Shown here: one piece after another, positions 43,380-53,954 of the stretch | Layout: the number at the start of each line of letters is the position of its first letter | Numbering within the stretch: the stretch's first letter is position 1 | Assembly (NCBI GenBank): GCA_041744215.1 | Contig: JBGTLG010000039.1 | Location: forward strand, 32,001 to 96,000 | Direction of reading: 5' to 3' | Length of the DNA stretch: 64,000 nt | DNA from: Fimbriimonadales bacterium | Lineage (GTDB): Bacteria > Armatimonadota > Fimbriimonadia > Fimbriimonadales > ATM1 | Program-made: the position numbers and the translations under genes | The notes under the pieces: model-generated | Told to the model about the DNA's origin: nothing | What the model saw: the letters and a program-made list of their open reading frames with translations, nothing else | Databases searched by the model: none

Positions 43380-44774
43380 ATGAAAACACTCACAGCGATT
43401 CTCTGCCTACTCCTGCCTGCTGTGACGTTCGGTCAGGGCAACACTGACACCCTGAGCAAGATAATCGAAGAAGGAAAGAGCAGGAATCGAACGCTCCGGA
43501 CTCTTGAACACATTTGCTACCAATTTGGGCCGCGGTTGACCGGCTCGTCCAGCCTCACCCGGGCCTGCAACTGGGCGGTAGACCACTTTAAGGAGTTGGG
43601 GCTACAGAACGTCCACCTTCAACAGTGGGGGGAAATCCCTGTGGGATTCCAGCGCGGCGAAAGACAGGTTGGCAGGATGGTTGAGCCAACTTTTAGAAGA
43701 TTCCAGTTCACAACTCGCTCATGGACCGCTGGGACAGACGGATTGGTGCGAGCGGGCGCAGTGATGATGCCAAGTGACGTCGCTTCGGTCACATCGAGCC
43801 CTAACCAGTATCGTGGCAAATGGGTTGTAGATCTGAGGAGAGCCAGCAATCAGCAGCCGAATCAGCAAGCGCGAAATGCAATGACCGCAGCACTTCGCGA
43901 TGCTGGGGCGGTTGGTCAAGTTTGGGGTTCCCAGGATGAACTCGTCCGAACTTCCGGCTCTTGGGCGGGACTGTCCTGGGACAATCTTCCGAAGGACGTG
44001 ATCGTGACGGTGCGCCGAAGTGACCACGACGCGATCCTTGAAAATCTAAGCGCGAACAAGGAGGTCGTTCTCGAATTCGAGCTTGAGAACATTTGGGAGC
44101 AGGGCCCTGTACCCGTATACAATGTCATTGCTGATCTGGTCGGCACGGAAAAACCGGACGAGATCGTGATCGTTAGCGGCCATCTCGACAGCTGGGACGG
44201 TCCTGGGACGCTTGGCGTATCGGACAACGGCACGGGCTCCGCAGTTACGATCGAGGCCGCGAGAATCCTGATTGCCGCGGGCGCAAAACCCAAGCGCACA
44301 ATTCGATTCATCCTTTGGACGGGCGAAGAACAGGGACTCCATGGTTCGAGGTGGTACGTACAGAACCGGCCCGAAGAACTTCCCAAGATTCAAGCGATCC
44401 TAGTGGATGACAGCGGAACGAACTACAACTCAGTCTTGAGCGGACTGGAATCAATGCGGCCTATGCTCGAACAATCGATCGCCGGGCTTAACGAAGCTTT
44501 TCCTGATATGCCAACGAGCGTGCGCGTTGTCCAGTCAATGCGCGGCGGGGGGGGGAGCGACCACGCTCCGTTTGTTCAAAACGGGGTGCCGGGCTTCTTT
44601 TGGGGCAAACAAGGCGTCGCTTCATACCAATACATTTGGCATACGCAAAATGACACGCTTGCAGGAGCCATCCACAGCTACCTGGTGAAGAGCTCAACCG
44701 CAATGGCGGTGGTCGCGTACAACCTCGCGTCCGCACCAGAACTGTTGCCTCGTGTTCCGACTGGCGGACAGTAA
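43380..44774 (+). CDS. M28 family metallopeptidase (carboxypeptidase Q-like)
   Basis: AGGAGG + ATG 43380; GPRLTGS, GHLDSW, DNGTG, GEEQGL, SDHAPF, WHTQND. Confidence 0.93.
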   Translation: MKTLTAILCLLLPAVTFGQGNTDTLSKIIEEGKSRNRTLRTLEHICYQFGPRLTGSSSLTRACNWAVDHFKELGLQNVHLQQWGEIPVGFQRGERQVGRMVEPTFRRFQFTTRSWTAGTDGLVRAGAVMMPSDVASVTSSPNQYRGKWVVDLRRASNQQPNQQARNAMTAALRDAGAVGQVWGSQDELVRTSGSWAGLSWDNLPKDVIVTVRRSDHDAILENLSANKEVVLEFELENIWEQGPVPVYNVIADLVGTEKPDEIVIVSGHLDSWDGPGTLGVSDNGTGSAVTIEAARILIAAGAKPKRTIRFILWTGEEQGLHGSRWYVQNRPEELPKIQAILVDDSGTNYNSVLSGLESMRPMLEQSIAGLNEAFPDMPTSVRVVQSMRGGGGSDHAPFVQNGVPGFFWGKQGVASYQYIWHTQNDTLAGAIHSYLVKSSTAMAVVAYNLASAPELLPRVPTGGQ

Positions 44775-44787
44775 CCCAACAAGCAAT

Positions 44788-44818
44788 CAGCGCCCACGAT
44801 TGCTTTCCGTGGGCGCTG
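44788..44818. terminator. Hairpin between convergent genes
   Basis: CAGCGCCCACG / CGTGGGCGCTG 11-bp perfect stem, followed by CTTTGT. Confidence 0.7.
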
Positions 44819-44827
44819 CTTTGTCAG

Positions 44828-46303
44828 TTAATAGCCCCGAGTACTTCCGACGAGTCGCTGACCTCCGCTTACACCTGGCACCGCAACGCGATCGCCAGGA
44901 TTTACGTCGCGACCATCAGGCAACGAATCGATCAGGTTGGTCGCGTGGACGACCGCTTCGGCTCCCCGCGTGTGCGTTTCACCAATCCACCTGGCCCTAT
45001 CCCCTGTCGATCCGCTAGTCGCAGTCTCGATGCCGTCGCGATAATGACCGATGTCCAGAAAGTCGTCGGTCGTGTATTCGCCTCGCCGCCATCTGTCTGC
45101 TCGCTCAGCTTGCCGCTGGTACTCCTCGATTCGTGCGCGGTTTTCTTGCCATCGATCGAAGCGGTCCATCCATCGCTCAAAGAACCCAGGGTCTTGCGGA
45201 ACTGCGTACGACGGGTACACAGCGCGAATCCAAAGGGCGTTGGGTAGTCCTCGGTTCTTGACAAACGTCCAGCCTACGGAATCGAAGGTCGCCTCACGGA
45301 TACCGCCACCGTCCGCGCCCGGCGCAAAAATCTTGATCCTCTTGAACCTGTATGCGAGAAGCGATGGATCGCGCGGGCATGCCCATCCTGCTACCGAGTC
45401 GTCATACTCTACTTCGCTACCGTAGCCCGGTGGGCACTCAAGCCGCACGATTCTGCCCTTTTCGTCTCGCTTGATTTCTGGCTTATGAGGGACCACCACT
45501 TCTGCGGTCATTCGGCTGTACCCCGACGAACTGTAGCGAATAATGTATCCGTTGGGATGCCAGGACCACCTCCCTGCATCGATGATCACCTTTTCGGCGG
45601 TGTCGCGAGGCAAGACGGCCATACGCTCAATCTCTGCAAACGGGCGGTTTGCGTCGTACACCATCCTTCTCATGCGATTGTCGAACTCGAAGAGTGGTCG
45701 CAACGCAGCATTGAACTTCGGCATCAGTTGGCGCATGGCAGCATCGTTGAGGACATCGATCCCGTATCCATTGAGCTGGTTGACCTCGTCTCTAGTCAGC
45801 AACGCAGTGGCAGCCCTTTGCGCGCCTCCCCGCATATCCTTGGGCTTTGCACGGGATAGCAATCCCCAGATCAAGAGTTGCATCTCTTGTTGCGATACTT
45901 GAGGCTTCAAGTTGTATCTCTCCAACAACTTTGGAAAGAGGTCTGCCTTCCCGCCGAGATAAGGACCGCTCACGAAACCTAATCCACCCCAGGGTCCGGA
46001 CGCATAGCCTTTTGCACAAAACGACTGCACTCGAAGTTGGTAGTAGCCAGGTCTCAAGGTAAAGGTTCCGTGCTCATTCCTATCGACCTCTTTGAGTTCG
46101 ACGAAGGCCTGGGGAGCATAGCCGTCCAGGAACTCCAAGCCAACTCCCGAATCGTCAAGACCGGTCGTCAGCGGGGGATCCTGTTGGAAGAGCTTCTCCA
46201 AGCCGAGCAAATCGAGACCTGGGAGTTGGCCCCCGCCAATCGGCGGAAACTGCGGAGCACCAAGCCCAACCGCAAGAATTGTCGAGAGAATGGGCGTCAT
46301 CAT
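44828..46303 (-). CDS. Secreted hypothetical protein (thioester-domain-like motifs)
   Basis: Signal peptide MMTPILSTILAVGLG; SFC and MQLLIW motifs. Confidence 0.75.
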   Translation of the reverse strand: MMTPILSTILAVGLGAPQFPPIGGGQLPGLDLLGLEKLFQQDPPLTTGLDDSGVGLEFLDGYAPQAFVELKEVDRNEHGTFTLRPGYYQLRVQSFCAKGYASGPWGGLGFVSGPYLGGKADLFPKLLERYNLKPQVSQQEMQLLIWGLLSRAKPKDMRGGAQRAATALLTRDEVNQLNGYGIDVLNDAAMRQLMPKFNAALRPLFEFDNRMRRMVYDANRPFAEIERMAVLPRDTAEKVIIDAGRWSWHPNGYIIRYSSSGYSRMTAEVVVPHKPEIKRDEKGRIVRLECPPGYGSEVEYDDSVAGWACPRDPSLLAYRFKRIKIFAPGADGGGIREATFDSVGWTFVKNRGLPNALWIRAVYPSYAVPQDPGFFERWMDRFDRWQENRARIEEYQRQAERADRWRRGEYTTDDFLDIGHYRDGIETATSGSTGDRARWIGETHTRGAEAVVHATNLIDSLPDGRDVNPGDRVAVPGVSGGQRLVGSTRGY

Positions 46304-46404
46304 CACCCCATTTTGACCCAACTGCTTGTCAAACCTGAGCAGAGTATCAGCAAATTGCGGTTAACTCTGCATTGACCTTGACAATGCAACATCCAGGAGC
46401 CCCA

Positions 46405-47313
46405 ATGGCTAACACAATCTCACGTCGGAATCTAATCGGGTATGGAGCAACGACCGCCGGGTATCTCGCACTAGATCGTTTAACCGCGACCGAACCGCAC
46501 GCACATAAAGTCGCAACATTCGCATTCCTGACTGACTGCCATCTGCCAGCAGCTGGAGAGAACGAACGCTTCATCAAGGCGATTGAGCGTGTGCAGGCCG
46601 ACCCACGCAAGCCGGAATTCATCGTCTTTGGTGGAGACAATGTGTTCGCGGTTGATGGGAGGTCTTCTAAGGATGCCACGGCTCAGTTTTCAAATTGGCA
46701 AGATGTCCTGAAGAAAAAGCTGACGCTGCCGTGCTTTCATGTAATCGGCAACCACGACATCTGTGACGAAGCACCGGAAGGCGAAACAGATCACCGTGCT
46801 GGCAAAGGATACGCCCTAGAAGCTTTCAATATCCCACACCGATTCTATTCCTTCGACAAAGCAAACTGGAGGATCATCGTGCTTGACACGTTTCATCGCG
46901 ATGGTTGCCACGTCGACGATGAGCAACTCGCCTGGGTGAAAGGTGAAATGGGAGATGTTCGTAAGAACATACTTTTTGTCTCCCACGCGCCAATCTTGAC
47001 CGTAACATCGTTCATGGAAACGAGTACGCACAAAAATGGCGCTTTTCATGTGCCGGCAGGATGGATGATCGCGAACGCGGCAAAGCTGCGCGACGAATTT
47101 CGCAACTTTCCAAACGTCCGGCTCGCGATCAGCGGGCATATGCACCAGATTGATCGCGTCGAATTCGATCACGTCACCTACGTTTGTGGCGGCGCAGTGA
47201 GTGGAGCTTGGTGGAAAGGCGACTACTACCACTTCGGACCCGCATACATCATTGTCGAACTGTACGATGACGGTTCCTTCGCACACAAGACTGTGTACTG
47301 GGAGCGGCCGTGA
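46405..47313 (+). CDS. Tat-exported calcineurin-like metallophosphoesterase
   Basis: SRRNL; TDCH, GGDNV, GNHD, SHAP, SGHMH. Confidence 0.9.
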   Translation: MANTISRRNLIGYGATTAGYLALDRLTATEPHAHKVATFAFLTDCHLPAAGENERFIKAIERVQADPRKPEFIVFGGDNVFAVDGRSSKDATAQFSNWQDVLKKKLTLPCFHVIGNHDICDEAPEGETDHRAGKGYALEAFNIPHRFYSFDKANWRIIVLDTFHRDGCHVDDEQLAWVKGEMGDVRKNILFVSHAPILTVTSFMETSTHKNGAFHVPAGWMIANAAKLRDEFRNFPNVRLAISGHMHQIDRVEFDHVTYVCGGAVSGAWWKGDYYHFGPAYIIVELYDDGSFAHKTVYWERP

Positions 47314-48746
47314 TCGATAGTGACAATGGGCTCGCCCATGGCTTAGCCTCCGTTCTGTCCGGTGATCAAGTTATGCACGGCGATGCGGCTCGGCGCGCCT
47401 ATGACTGCGATGCCTACACTGTCCACCGCAAGCACCCTGATGCGATCGTGTTCCCCATTAACACCGACGAAGTCTCAAGAGTCGTAAAGTGGTGCGTCGA
47501 GCACGAGGTTCCGTATACGCCGAGAGGAGCGGGCACGGGCCTGAGTGGGGGCGCGCTCCCGGCATTCGGCGGGGTCGTTGTCGCGCTGACCCGTATGCGC
47601 CGCATCCTGGAAGTCGACGGCGAGAACCGCACGCTGTTGGCCGAAGCTGGGTGCCCTAACCTTGCCTTGACAAGGGCAGCAACGCCACTCGGGCTGCACT
47701 TCGCTCCTGACCCAAGCAGCCAAACAGTTTGTACGCTTGGCGGCAACGTGAATGAGAACAGCGGCGGTCCACACACGCTTAAGTACGGAGTAGCAGCGGA
47801 TCATATTCTGGGCTTGACGGTCGTCGATTCTCAAGGCGAGGTGCGGTGCGTCGGGGGAATCGTCTCGGGCTTCCCAGGATACGACCTGCTGGGACTCATT
47901 GTGGGCAGCGAAGGAACTCTAGGCATAGTTACTGAGGCGTGGGTGCGGCTCACGCCTAACCCTCTCGCGATCAGAACCGTACTCGCTGCCTTCCCTTCGC
48001 CAAGGCACGCTACTGAAACCGTATCACAAATCATTGCATCCGGAATCGTCCCGGCAGCCATGGAGTTTATGGACGGGACGATCTTAGAAGCGGTGGAAGC
48101 AGCGTTTCACGTCGGTCTGCCAACTGACGCGGGTGCGCTGCTCTTAGTCGAGTGCGACTCGCTCAATGATGCTGAACAAGCAGAACACGAGATGCGCATA
48201 GTGAACACAATTTGTGACTCAAACTCCGCGATCGAGGTCAGGGTCGCGAGAGATGAAGAAGAGCGGGCAAAACTTTGGCTTGCACGAAAGAAAGGAATTG
48301 GTGCGATTGGACGTTTGTCGCCAAGCATGGTCACTCACGACGGAGTGATTCCTCGCTCCAAACTTCCAGAAGTGCTCGACTTCGTCTACAGAGTTGTTTC
48401 AGAAGAAGGCTTGCGCGTTGCAAACATCTTTCATGCAGGCGACGGCAACTTGCACCCGATCATTCTGTTCGATGATCGCGATGCTGACCAAGTCGCGAAG
48501 GTTGTCGCCGTGGGCGAGAAAATCATGCGACTCTGCATCGAACTCGGCGGCAGCGTGACCGGCGAGCACGGGATTGGCGTCGAGAAGATCGATCTGCTTG
48601 GAGAAATGTTCTCCGAAATGGACCTCAAGTTGCAGGAGGACGTGAAGCGCGCGCTGAACCCGGGAGATTTGTGCAACCCTGGCAAGGTCCTGCCTTCACA
48701 AAAGTCTTGTGTTGAAGTCAAGCTCCGTCGCCGGGTCGCAACGTAG
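47310..48746 (+). CDS. glcD: Glycolate oxidase FAD-linked subunit
   Basis: RGAGTGLSGG, PDPSSQ, ENSGGPH, GSEGTLG, HAGDGNLHP, GEHGIG, NPGK. Confidence 0.92.
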   Translation: MIDSDNGLAHGLASVLSGDQVMHGDAARRAYDCDAYTVHRKHPDAIVFPINTDEVSRVVKWCVEHEVPYTPRGAGTGLSGGALPAFGGVVVALTRMRRILEVDGENRTLLAEAGCPNLALTRAATPLGLHFAPDPSSQTVCTLGGNVNENSGGPHTLKYGVAADHILGLTVVDSQGEVRCVGGIVSGFPGYDLLGLIVGSEGTLGIVTEAWVRLTPNPLAIRTVLAAFPSPRHATETVSQIIASGIVPAAMEFMDGTILEAVEAAFHVGLPTDAGALLLVECDSLNDAEQAEHEMRIVNTICDSNSAIEVRVARDEEERAKLWLARKKGIGAIGRLSPSMVTHDGVIPRSKLPEVLDFVYRVVSEEGLRVANIFHAGDGNLHPIILFDDRDADQVAKVVAVGEKIMRLCIELGGSVTGEHGIGVEKIDLLGEMFSEMDLKLQEDVKRALNPGDLCNPGKVLPSQKSCVEVKLRRRVAT

Positions 48747-48771
48747 AGTCGGTGCGCCGTATACTCTCGAC

Positions 48772-51189
48772 ATGGTTGCCGCGCCTCTCGTGCTGTTTGC
48801 ACTCGCCCTAGATCTCACTCCGAGTCAGCTGCTGGTAGTTCCCCCTGTCGGCAGAGGCGGTCGGGTTCCGGTTCACACTGACGCAATTCAGTACGCTTTT
48901 GCAGTAGGAGAATGGAAGCCTCCAATCGCAGGTGACAAAATACGCTCCGCTGCGGGACAAGAGATTGAATGGCGAGCGATAGTCAAAGGAGATGACGGGT
49001 GGTTTAGAGATCGGGCATTGAATGGAGGATATGCGTTTTGGTCACTCGACCATTCGCGCGAAGAAGTGATGCTCCTCGAGGCGGCAGGACATTCGATGGT
49101 CTACGTAAATGGCGATCCTCGCGGGGGAGATGTCTACGGATTTGGCTACACGAAGCTTCCGATTAAGCTCAAACGTGGAAAAAATGAACTCTTGTTCAGT
49201 GTGGCTCGTGGGGGTATGAACGTCAAACTGACGCCGACTAAATCGTCGGCCTTTTTTAACACAGGAGACCTGACTCTTCCAGATGAGATCGAAGGCGAAG
49301 ACTCCTCACTCATCGGGGGAATCATCGTTATCAATGCTACGGAAACCTACCAGCGTGATCTCATTATCACAGATGAAAACAACACAATCACGCGACTGCC
49401 CACGATCCCGCCGCTTTCAGCCCGCAAGGTGCCGTTTCGCTTTGACAAGAGCGAATTGGTCGCAGGATCCGAGCGGGAAGTAAACGTAGTTCTCAGGGAC
49501 AACTCGCGAACACTTGATAAAGCAACCGTCAAAGTCAGGGTTCGCAAAAGGACCGAGTCCCATAAACGGACGTTCATCTCCAACATCGACGGGAGCGTGC
49601 AGTACTACGCCGTACGGCCCGCGATGCCGAGAGCCATCACCGCCGATCCCGGAATCGTCCTGACGGCCCACGGGGCAGGTGTTGAGGCCATAGGCCAGGT
49701 CGATGCCTACGCCTCGAAGTCCTGGGCCCACCTGGTTGCTCCGACGAACCGTCGACCCTACGGTTTCGATTGGGAGGACTGGGGTCGTCTTGACGCGCTT
49801 GAGGTTCTGGAAGAAGCAAAGCGTACGTTGACACACGATCCAGCTCGCATATACCTGACGGGTCACTCAATGGGCGGTCACGGAACATGGATCATCGGCG
49901 CGACCTATCCAGACAAGTTTGCAGCGATCGGTCCCAGCGCGGGATGGATCAGCTTCTTCACGTACGCCGGTGGGGCTGCATTGCAAGCAATAACTCCGAT
50001 TGAGAAGATTTTGCAGGGCGCGACACTACCAAGCGACACAGCTTCGCTCGTAAAAAATCTCGCTCCACTCGGTGTATACATCTTGCACGGGGGGGCTGAT
50101 GACAACGTTCCGGCTACACAGGCGCGACAAATGGTCGAGTACCTCAAGGAGTTTCACATGTCTTTTGAGTATCACGAGCGACCTGGAGCAGGACATTGGT
50201 GGGATACAAGCGAAGAACCTGGCGCAGCATGCGTCGATTGGCCGCCGATGTTCGATATGTTTTCGCGCCGACGCATCCCTGCCGTTACGGAGACCCGCCG
50301 CGTTCAGTTTGTAACAGCGAGCCCTGGCATATCCGCTAGGAATGGAGCGGTCGAAATCGTGAATCTGATCAGAGACGGCGAACTAGCAGAAATTGAGGCG
50401 GCATCGGAACCCCACACTGGAACGGTGACAATCAAGACCAAGAACGTGCGCGCTTTCTTCATCGACAGCAAGATGCGCTATGCGGCGGACGGCATATTCG
50501 TCATCGATGGCCAGAAGGTCGAGGCATTGCAGCGCTTAAGTGACCTCCGCTATCTGTTCGTCCGCAGGGGCGAGATATGGGAGTCCAGAGGCAAACGGAC
50601 AACGGGAGAGAAATCACCTACGGCGTACGGTCCGTTCAAAAACACCTTTGCGAACCGGTTTGTCTATATAGTGGGCACAAACGGAACTCCGGAAGAAAAT
50701 CATTGGATGTTCTCAAAGGCGAGATACGATTTGGAAACGTTTTGGTACCGTGGAAACGGCGCGTTTGATATCGTAACCGACGTCGAGTCAAGCTCGATGG
50801 ATCTTGCCAATCGGAACATCATTCTGGTGGGAAATGCGGATGTCAATTCCGCGTGGGAGCGATACATCACTTCGAGGGAGATCCTAGTTGGAAGTGGAAG
50901 GCTGACATTTGGTAGTTTCAGCTCGACGCGAACCGACCTGTCAATCCTCTTCGCGCGACCTCATCCGATGAATAGTGATCGACTCGTTGGCGTCATCGCA
51001 TTCACCGGTCTAGAGGGCGCAAGAACGATCGAGCGGTCACCCTATTTTGTGAGCGGCGCCTCGTACCCAGACTGGATGATCCTGTCATCGCGTTGCCTGC
51101 TCGATGGAAACTCAGAAATTGTGGGCGCGGGTTTCTTCGGGCCGGACTGGACGATCGACGGCGGTGATTTTGCGTGGGGTAAGCGTTAG
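48772..51189 (+). CDS. Secreted alpha/beta hydrolase (S9/esterase-like) multidomain protein
   Basis: TGHSMGG nucleophile elbow, HGGADDNV, GHWW; TATACT 6 nt before ATG 48772. Confidence 0.85.
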   Translation: MVAAPLVLFALALDLTPSQLLVVPPVGRGGRVPVHTDAIQYAFAVGEWKPPIAGDKIRSAAGQEIEWRAIVKGDDGWFRDRALNGGYAFWSLDHSREEVMLLEAAGHSMVYVNGDPRGGDVYGFGYTKLPIKLKRGKNELLFSVARGGMNVKLTPTKSSAFFNTGDLTLPDEIEGEDSSLIGGIIVINATETYQRDLIITDENNTITRLPTIPPLSARKVPFRFDKSELVAGSEREVNVVLRDNSRTLDKATVKVRVRKRTESHKRTFISNIDGSVQYYAVRPAMPRAITADPGIVLTAHGAGVEAIGQVDAYASKSWAHLVAPTNRRPYGFDWEDWGRLDALEVLEEAKRTLTHDPARIYLTGHSMGGHGTWIIGATYPDKFAAIGPSAGWISFFTYAGGAALQAITPIEKILQGATLPSDTASLVKNLAPLGVYILHGGADDNVPATQARQMVEYLKEFHMSFEYHERPGAGHWWDTSEEPGAACVDWPPMFDMFSRRRIPAVTETRRVQFVTASPGISARNGAVEIVNLIRDGELAEIEAASEPHTGTVTIKTKNVRAFFIDSKMRYAADGIFVIDGQKVEALQRLSDLRYLFVRRGEIWESRGKRTTGEKSPTAYGPFKNTFANRFVYIVGTNGTPEENHWMFSKARYDLETFWYRGNGAFDIVTDVESSSMDLANRNIILVGNADVNSAWERYITSREILVGSGRLTFGSFSSTRTDLSILFARPHPMNSDRLVGVIAFTGLEGARTIERSPYFVSGASYPDWMILSSRCLLDGNSEIVGAGFFGPDWTIDGGDFAWGKR

Positions 51190-51192
51190 AAC

Positions 51193-53091
51193 GTGATCCT
51201 CGCTGTTTCAGGGCTTCGGAAGTTATACGACGTGGACATCGTTCTAGACGGCGCAGACCTTCGTATCGACAACGGAGAGAAAGTCGCACTTGTTGGAAGA
51301 AACGGCTCGGGGAAGACGACGCTGCTCAGGATTGTTGCAGGTCTCGAGGAACCGGACGGAGGTTCGGTGCAGTTTGCCCGTGGAGCGAAGTTTGGGTACT
51401 TACGCCAAGACTCCCCAGTACCGACTTCTGGAAATGTCATTGAGATTGCCGAGGAAGGTCGCAAGCACGCGCTGGAGCTCAAGTCTCGATTGGAGGACTT
51501 GGAGGCGCGATTGTCCCTGAGTCCGAACGATGATGAGCTCGAGGAGTATGCGTTACTCCATGAGCACTTCATCGACGCGCAAGGCTATAGCGCGGAGCGC
51601 GATGTCCGAACGGTGTTGCAGCAGCTGGGGTTCGAAGAATCAGAGTTTGAGAAGTCGACGAGCGCGCTGAGCGGCGGAGAAAGGACGCGACTCGCGCTCG
51701 CAGTCCAGTTACTTGAAGAGCCTGATTTGCTGATACTTGATGAGCCCACAAACCACCTTGATTTGAAAGCGACCGAGTGGCTGGAAGGGTGGCTTCGATC
51801 TTATCGAGGTGCGGTACTGCTCGTTTCCCACGACAGGCGGTTCTTAGAACAAGTGGCCACGCGCTTTGTCGAATTGTGTGATGGCAGAGCAAAGAGCTAC
51901 CCTGGACCCTTCGAAAAGTACGCCCGTCTGCGCCAGGAAGACATTGATCGACAAGCGGCCCTTGCTGCCAAACAGCAAGAGGAGATCAGGCGGCTCGATG
52001 AATTCGTGCGCCGATTCATCAACAGTGAACGCGTTGGCCAGGCGCGCGGTAAGCGGCGCATTCTTAATCGCTTAGTCGCCTCGAAAACAGAGACGCCACG
52101 TCAAGTTCGTTCGATGAAGGGAGTCTTCGGACAAATCGAACGCAGTGGCGATCTCGTTTTCGAGTGTGCAGGACTTGCAAAGTCATTCGGCAGTCAACGG
52201 TTGTTTCGTGAACTGAATTGGACCGTAAGGCGCGGCGAACGGTGGGGCATCATCGGCGAGAATGGCGCCGGGAAGTCGACGCTGATCAAAATTGTCCTTG
52301 GCCTATGCTCGCAAGACGACGGCACTGTGCGCCTCGGTTCGAATGTAACTGCGGGATTCTTTTCGCAGGATGCCTCCGACCTCGATACGGAAATGACGCC
52401 GCTCGAAGTGATGACCTATGACGCTGGAATGCAGATTCCTGCCGCACGTAACCTGCTCGGCAGCTTTCTGTTCAGCGGCGATCAGGTCTTTCAAAAAGTA
52501 GGCACATTGAGTGGAGGAGAGCGCAACAAACTCGCCCTCGCGCGACTTATCGCAATGAATCCTAATCTGCTCGTACTTGACGAGCCCACAAATCACCTCG
52601 ATATGGATTCTCGCCAGGCACTTACGGAGATTCTGAAGACGTTTGAAGGAACTCTGGTACTGGTCTCACACGACCGATGGTTGCTCGAGAACATCACTAC
52701 CCAAACCCTGGATGTGCGTTCCAGCGGGGTGATGCTGTTTCCTGGGTCGTACGCCGACTACAAGAAACGAAACCACTTGGCCGAAGACACAGTTGGGCGA
52801 AGGCAACCATCTGGTAAGGTGCGAGCGTCGTTATCTCCGAGGGAAGTCAGCAAGGAGATAGTGCGCGTCGAAAAGCGAATCCTGGAGTTAGAGTCCTCTA
52901 TTGGCGAGGCGGAAGATCGTCTTCGATCCATCGAAGAGTCCCTTGCGTCGCCGCAGCAGTCTGAAGATATTGGGGCACTTTCTCGCGCACATGGGGAAGC
53001 GAATGGAGCGCTCAACGAACTCCTCGAAGAGTGGGAAGTTGAGAGTCGTACGCTGTCTGATCTGCAATCACTGCAAGGATCGCAACTGTGA
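51193..53091 (+). CDS. ABC-F family ribosome-associated ATPase
   Basis: Two ABC domains (GRNGSGKT, LSGGE, LDEPTNHLD twice), linker, C-terminal coiled coil, no TM. Confidence 0.96.
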   Translation: MILAVSGLRKLYDVDIVLDGADLRIDNGEKVALVGRNGSGKTTLLRIVAGLEEPDGGSVQFARGAKFGYLRQDSPVPTSGNVIEIAEEGRKHALELKSRLEDLEARLSLSPNDDELEEYALLHEHFIDAQGYSAERDVRTVLQQLGFEESEFEKSTSALSGGERTRLALAVQLLEEPDLLILDEPTNHLDLKATEWLEGWLRSYRGAVLLVSHDRRFLEQVATRFVELCDGRAKSYPGPFEKYARLRQEDIDRQAALAAKQQEEIRRLDEFVRRFINSERVGQARGKRRILNRLVASKTETPRQVRSMKGVFGQIERSGDLVFECAGLAKSFGSQRLFRELNWTVRRGERWGIIGENGAGKSTLIKIVLGLCSQDDGTVRLGSNVTAGFFSQDASDLDTEMTPLEVMTYDAGMQIPAARNLLGSFLFSGDQVFQKVGTLSGGERNKLALARLIAMNPNLLVLDEPTNHLDMDSRQALTEILKTFEGTLVLVSHDRWLLENITTQTLDVRSSGVMLFPGSYADYKKRNHLAEDTVGRRQPSGKVRASLSPREVSKEIVRVEKRILELESSIGEAEDRLRSIEESLASPQQSEDIGALSRAHGEANGALNELLEEWEVESRTLSDLQSLQGSQL

Positions 53092-53954
53092 CAGTACTGT
53101 CCCCAAGTAGTGCCGAGGAAGCAGCAGAAATGGTCCGTCAGAGCGAACCGATGCGCATCGCGGGTATGGACACCAAGCGTGATTTCGGCTCGCCTGTGCA
53201 CACAACGAAGGTGCTATCGACTCGAGAGATGTCAGGCGTTGTCGATTATTCGCCCGAAGATTTAGTCGTTGTCGCTCGTGCAGGAACGCCAATAGACGAA
53301 TTGCAATCTGTGCTCGGTGAACACAATCAATGGCTTCCTATCCCGACTGTCAACTCCACTCTGGATGTCGTGACATCTGGACTTCCAGGAACAGTCGGCG
53401 GATTGGTTGCAGCCGGATTGCCCACGCGCTGGGACGCACGTACCCGTGGTGTGCGATACTGGGTTCTCGGACTCACGATTGTGCGAGCGAACGGCGACAT
53501 TGCGAAGTGTGGCAGCAAGGCGGTCAAAAACGTTGCAGGCTACGATGCTCAAAAGGTGTACATCGGCGCATGGGGAACACTCGGTCTCATCGTAGAAGTA
53601 GTGCTAAGGGTTTTTTCAAAGCCTGAGAGCTTCGTGGAGCCGGAGGTTCACGCTGTAGGCACCTGGGACGGAGTTCCGCCACTCGCCATCGCTTGCGCGC
53701 CCATATCTCAAGCGGCTTCGTACGCGGCCGAAACTTTTCCACACGCTCACTTTTTGGCGAAAGAAAGCGGATTGATCTGGGCTCCCACTCGCGCCTCCGT
53801 CGAGCCTCCTGAGGGCGGCTGGGCGATGTTTGCCGGCCTCGGCGACCGAAACTGGCTGCCGGCAAAGGCCAACCTTGACTGGATGTGGAATCTGAAGCAA
53901 ACACTGGATCCGGAGAACCTGTTCAACCCTGGAAAACTCAACGGACTGCTATGA
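53088..53954 (+). CDS. glcE: Glycolate oxidase FAD-binding subunit
   Basis: VDYSPEDLVV, GTVGG, KNVAGYD, GAWGTLG, DPENLFNPG. Confidence 0.85.
   Translation: MTVLSPSSAEEAAEMVRQSEPMRIAGMDTKRDFGSPVHTTKVLSTREMSGVVDYSPEDLVVVARAGTPIDELQSVLGEHNQWLPIPTVNSTLDVVTSGLPGTVGGLVAAGLPTRWDARTRGVRYWVLGLTIVRANGDIAKCGSKAVKNVAGYDAQKVYIGAWGTLGLIVEVVLRVFSKPESFVEPEVHAVGTWDGVPPLAIACAPISQAASYAAETFPHAHFLAKESGLIWAPTRASVEPPEGGWAMFAGLGDRNWLPAKANLDWMWNLKQTLDPENLFNPGKLNGLL

Noticed and set aside
44520-44540. G homopolymer as a phase-variation tract
   Set aside because: It encodes the Gly-rich GGGGSDH motif typical of M28 peptidases, and the frame is intact.
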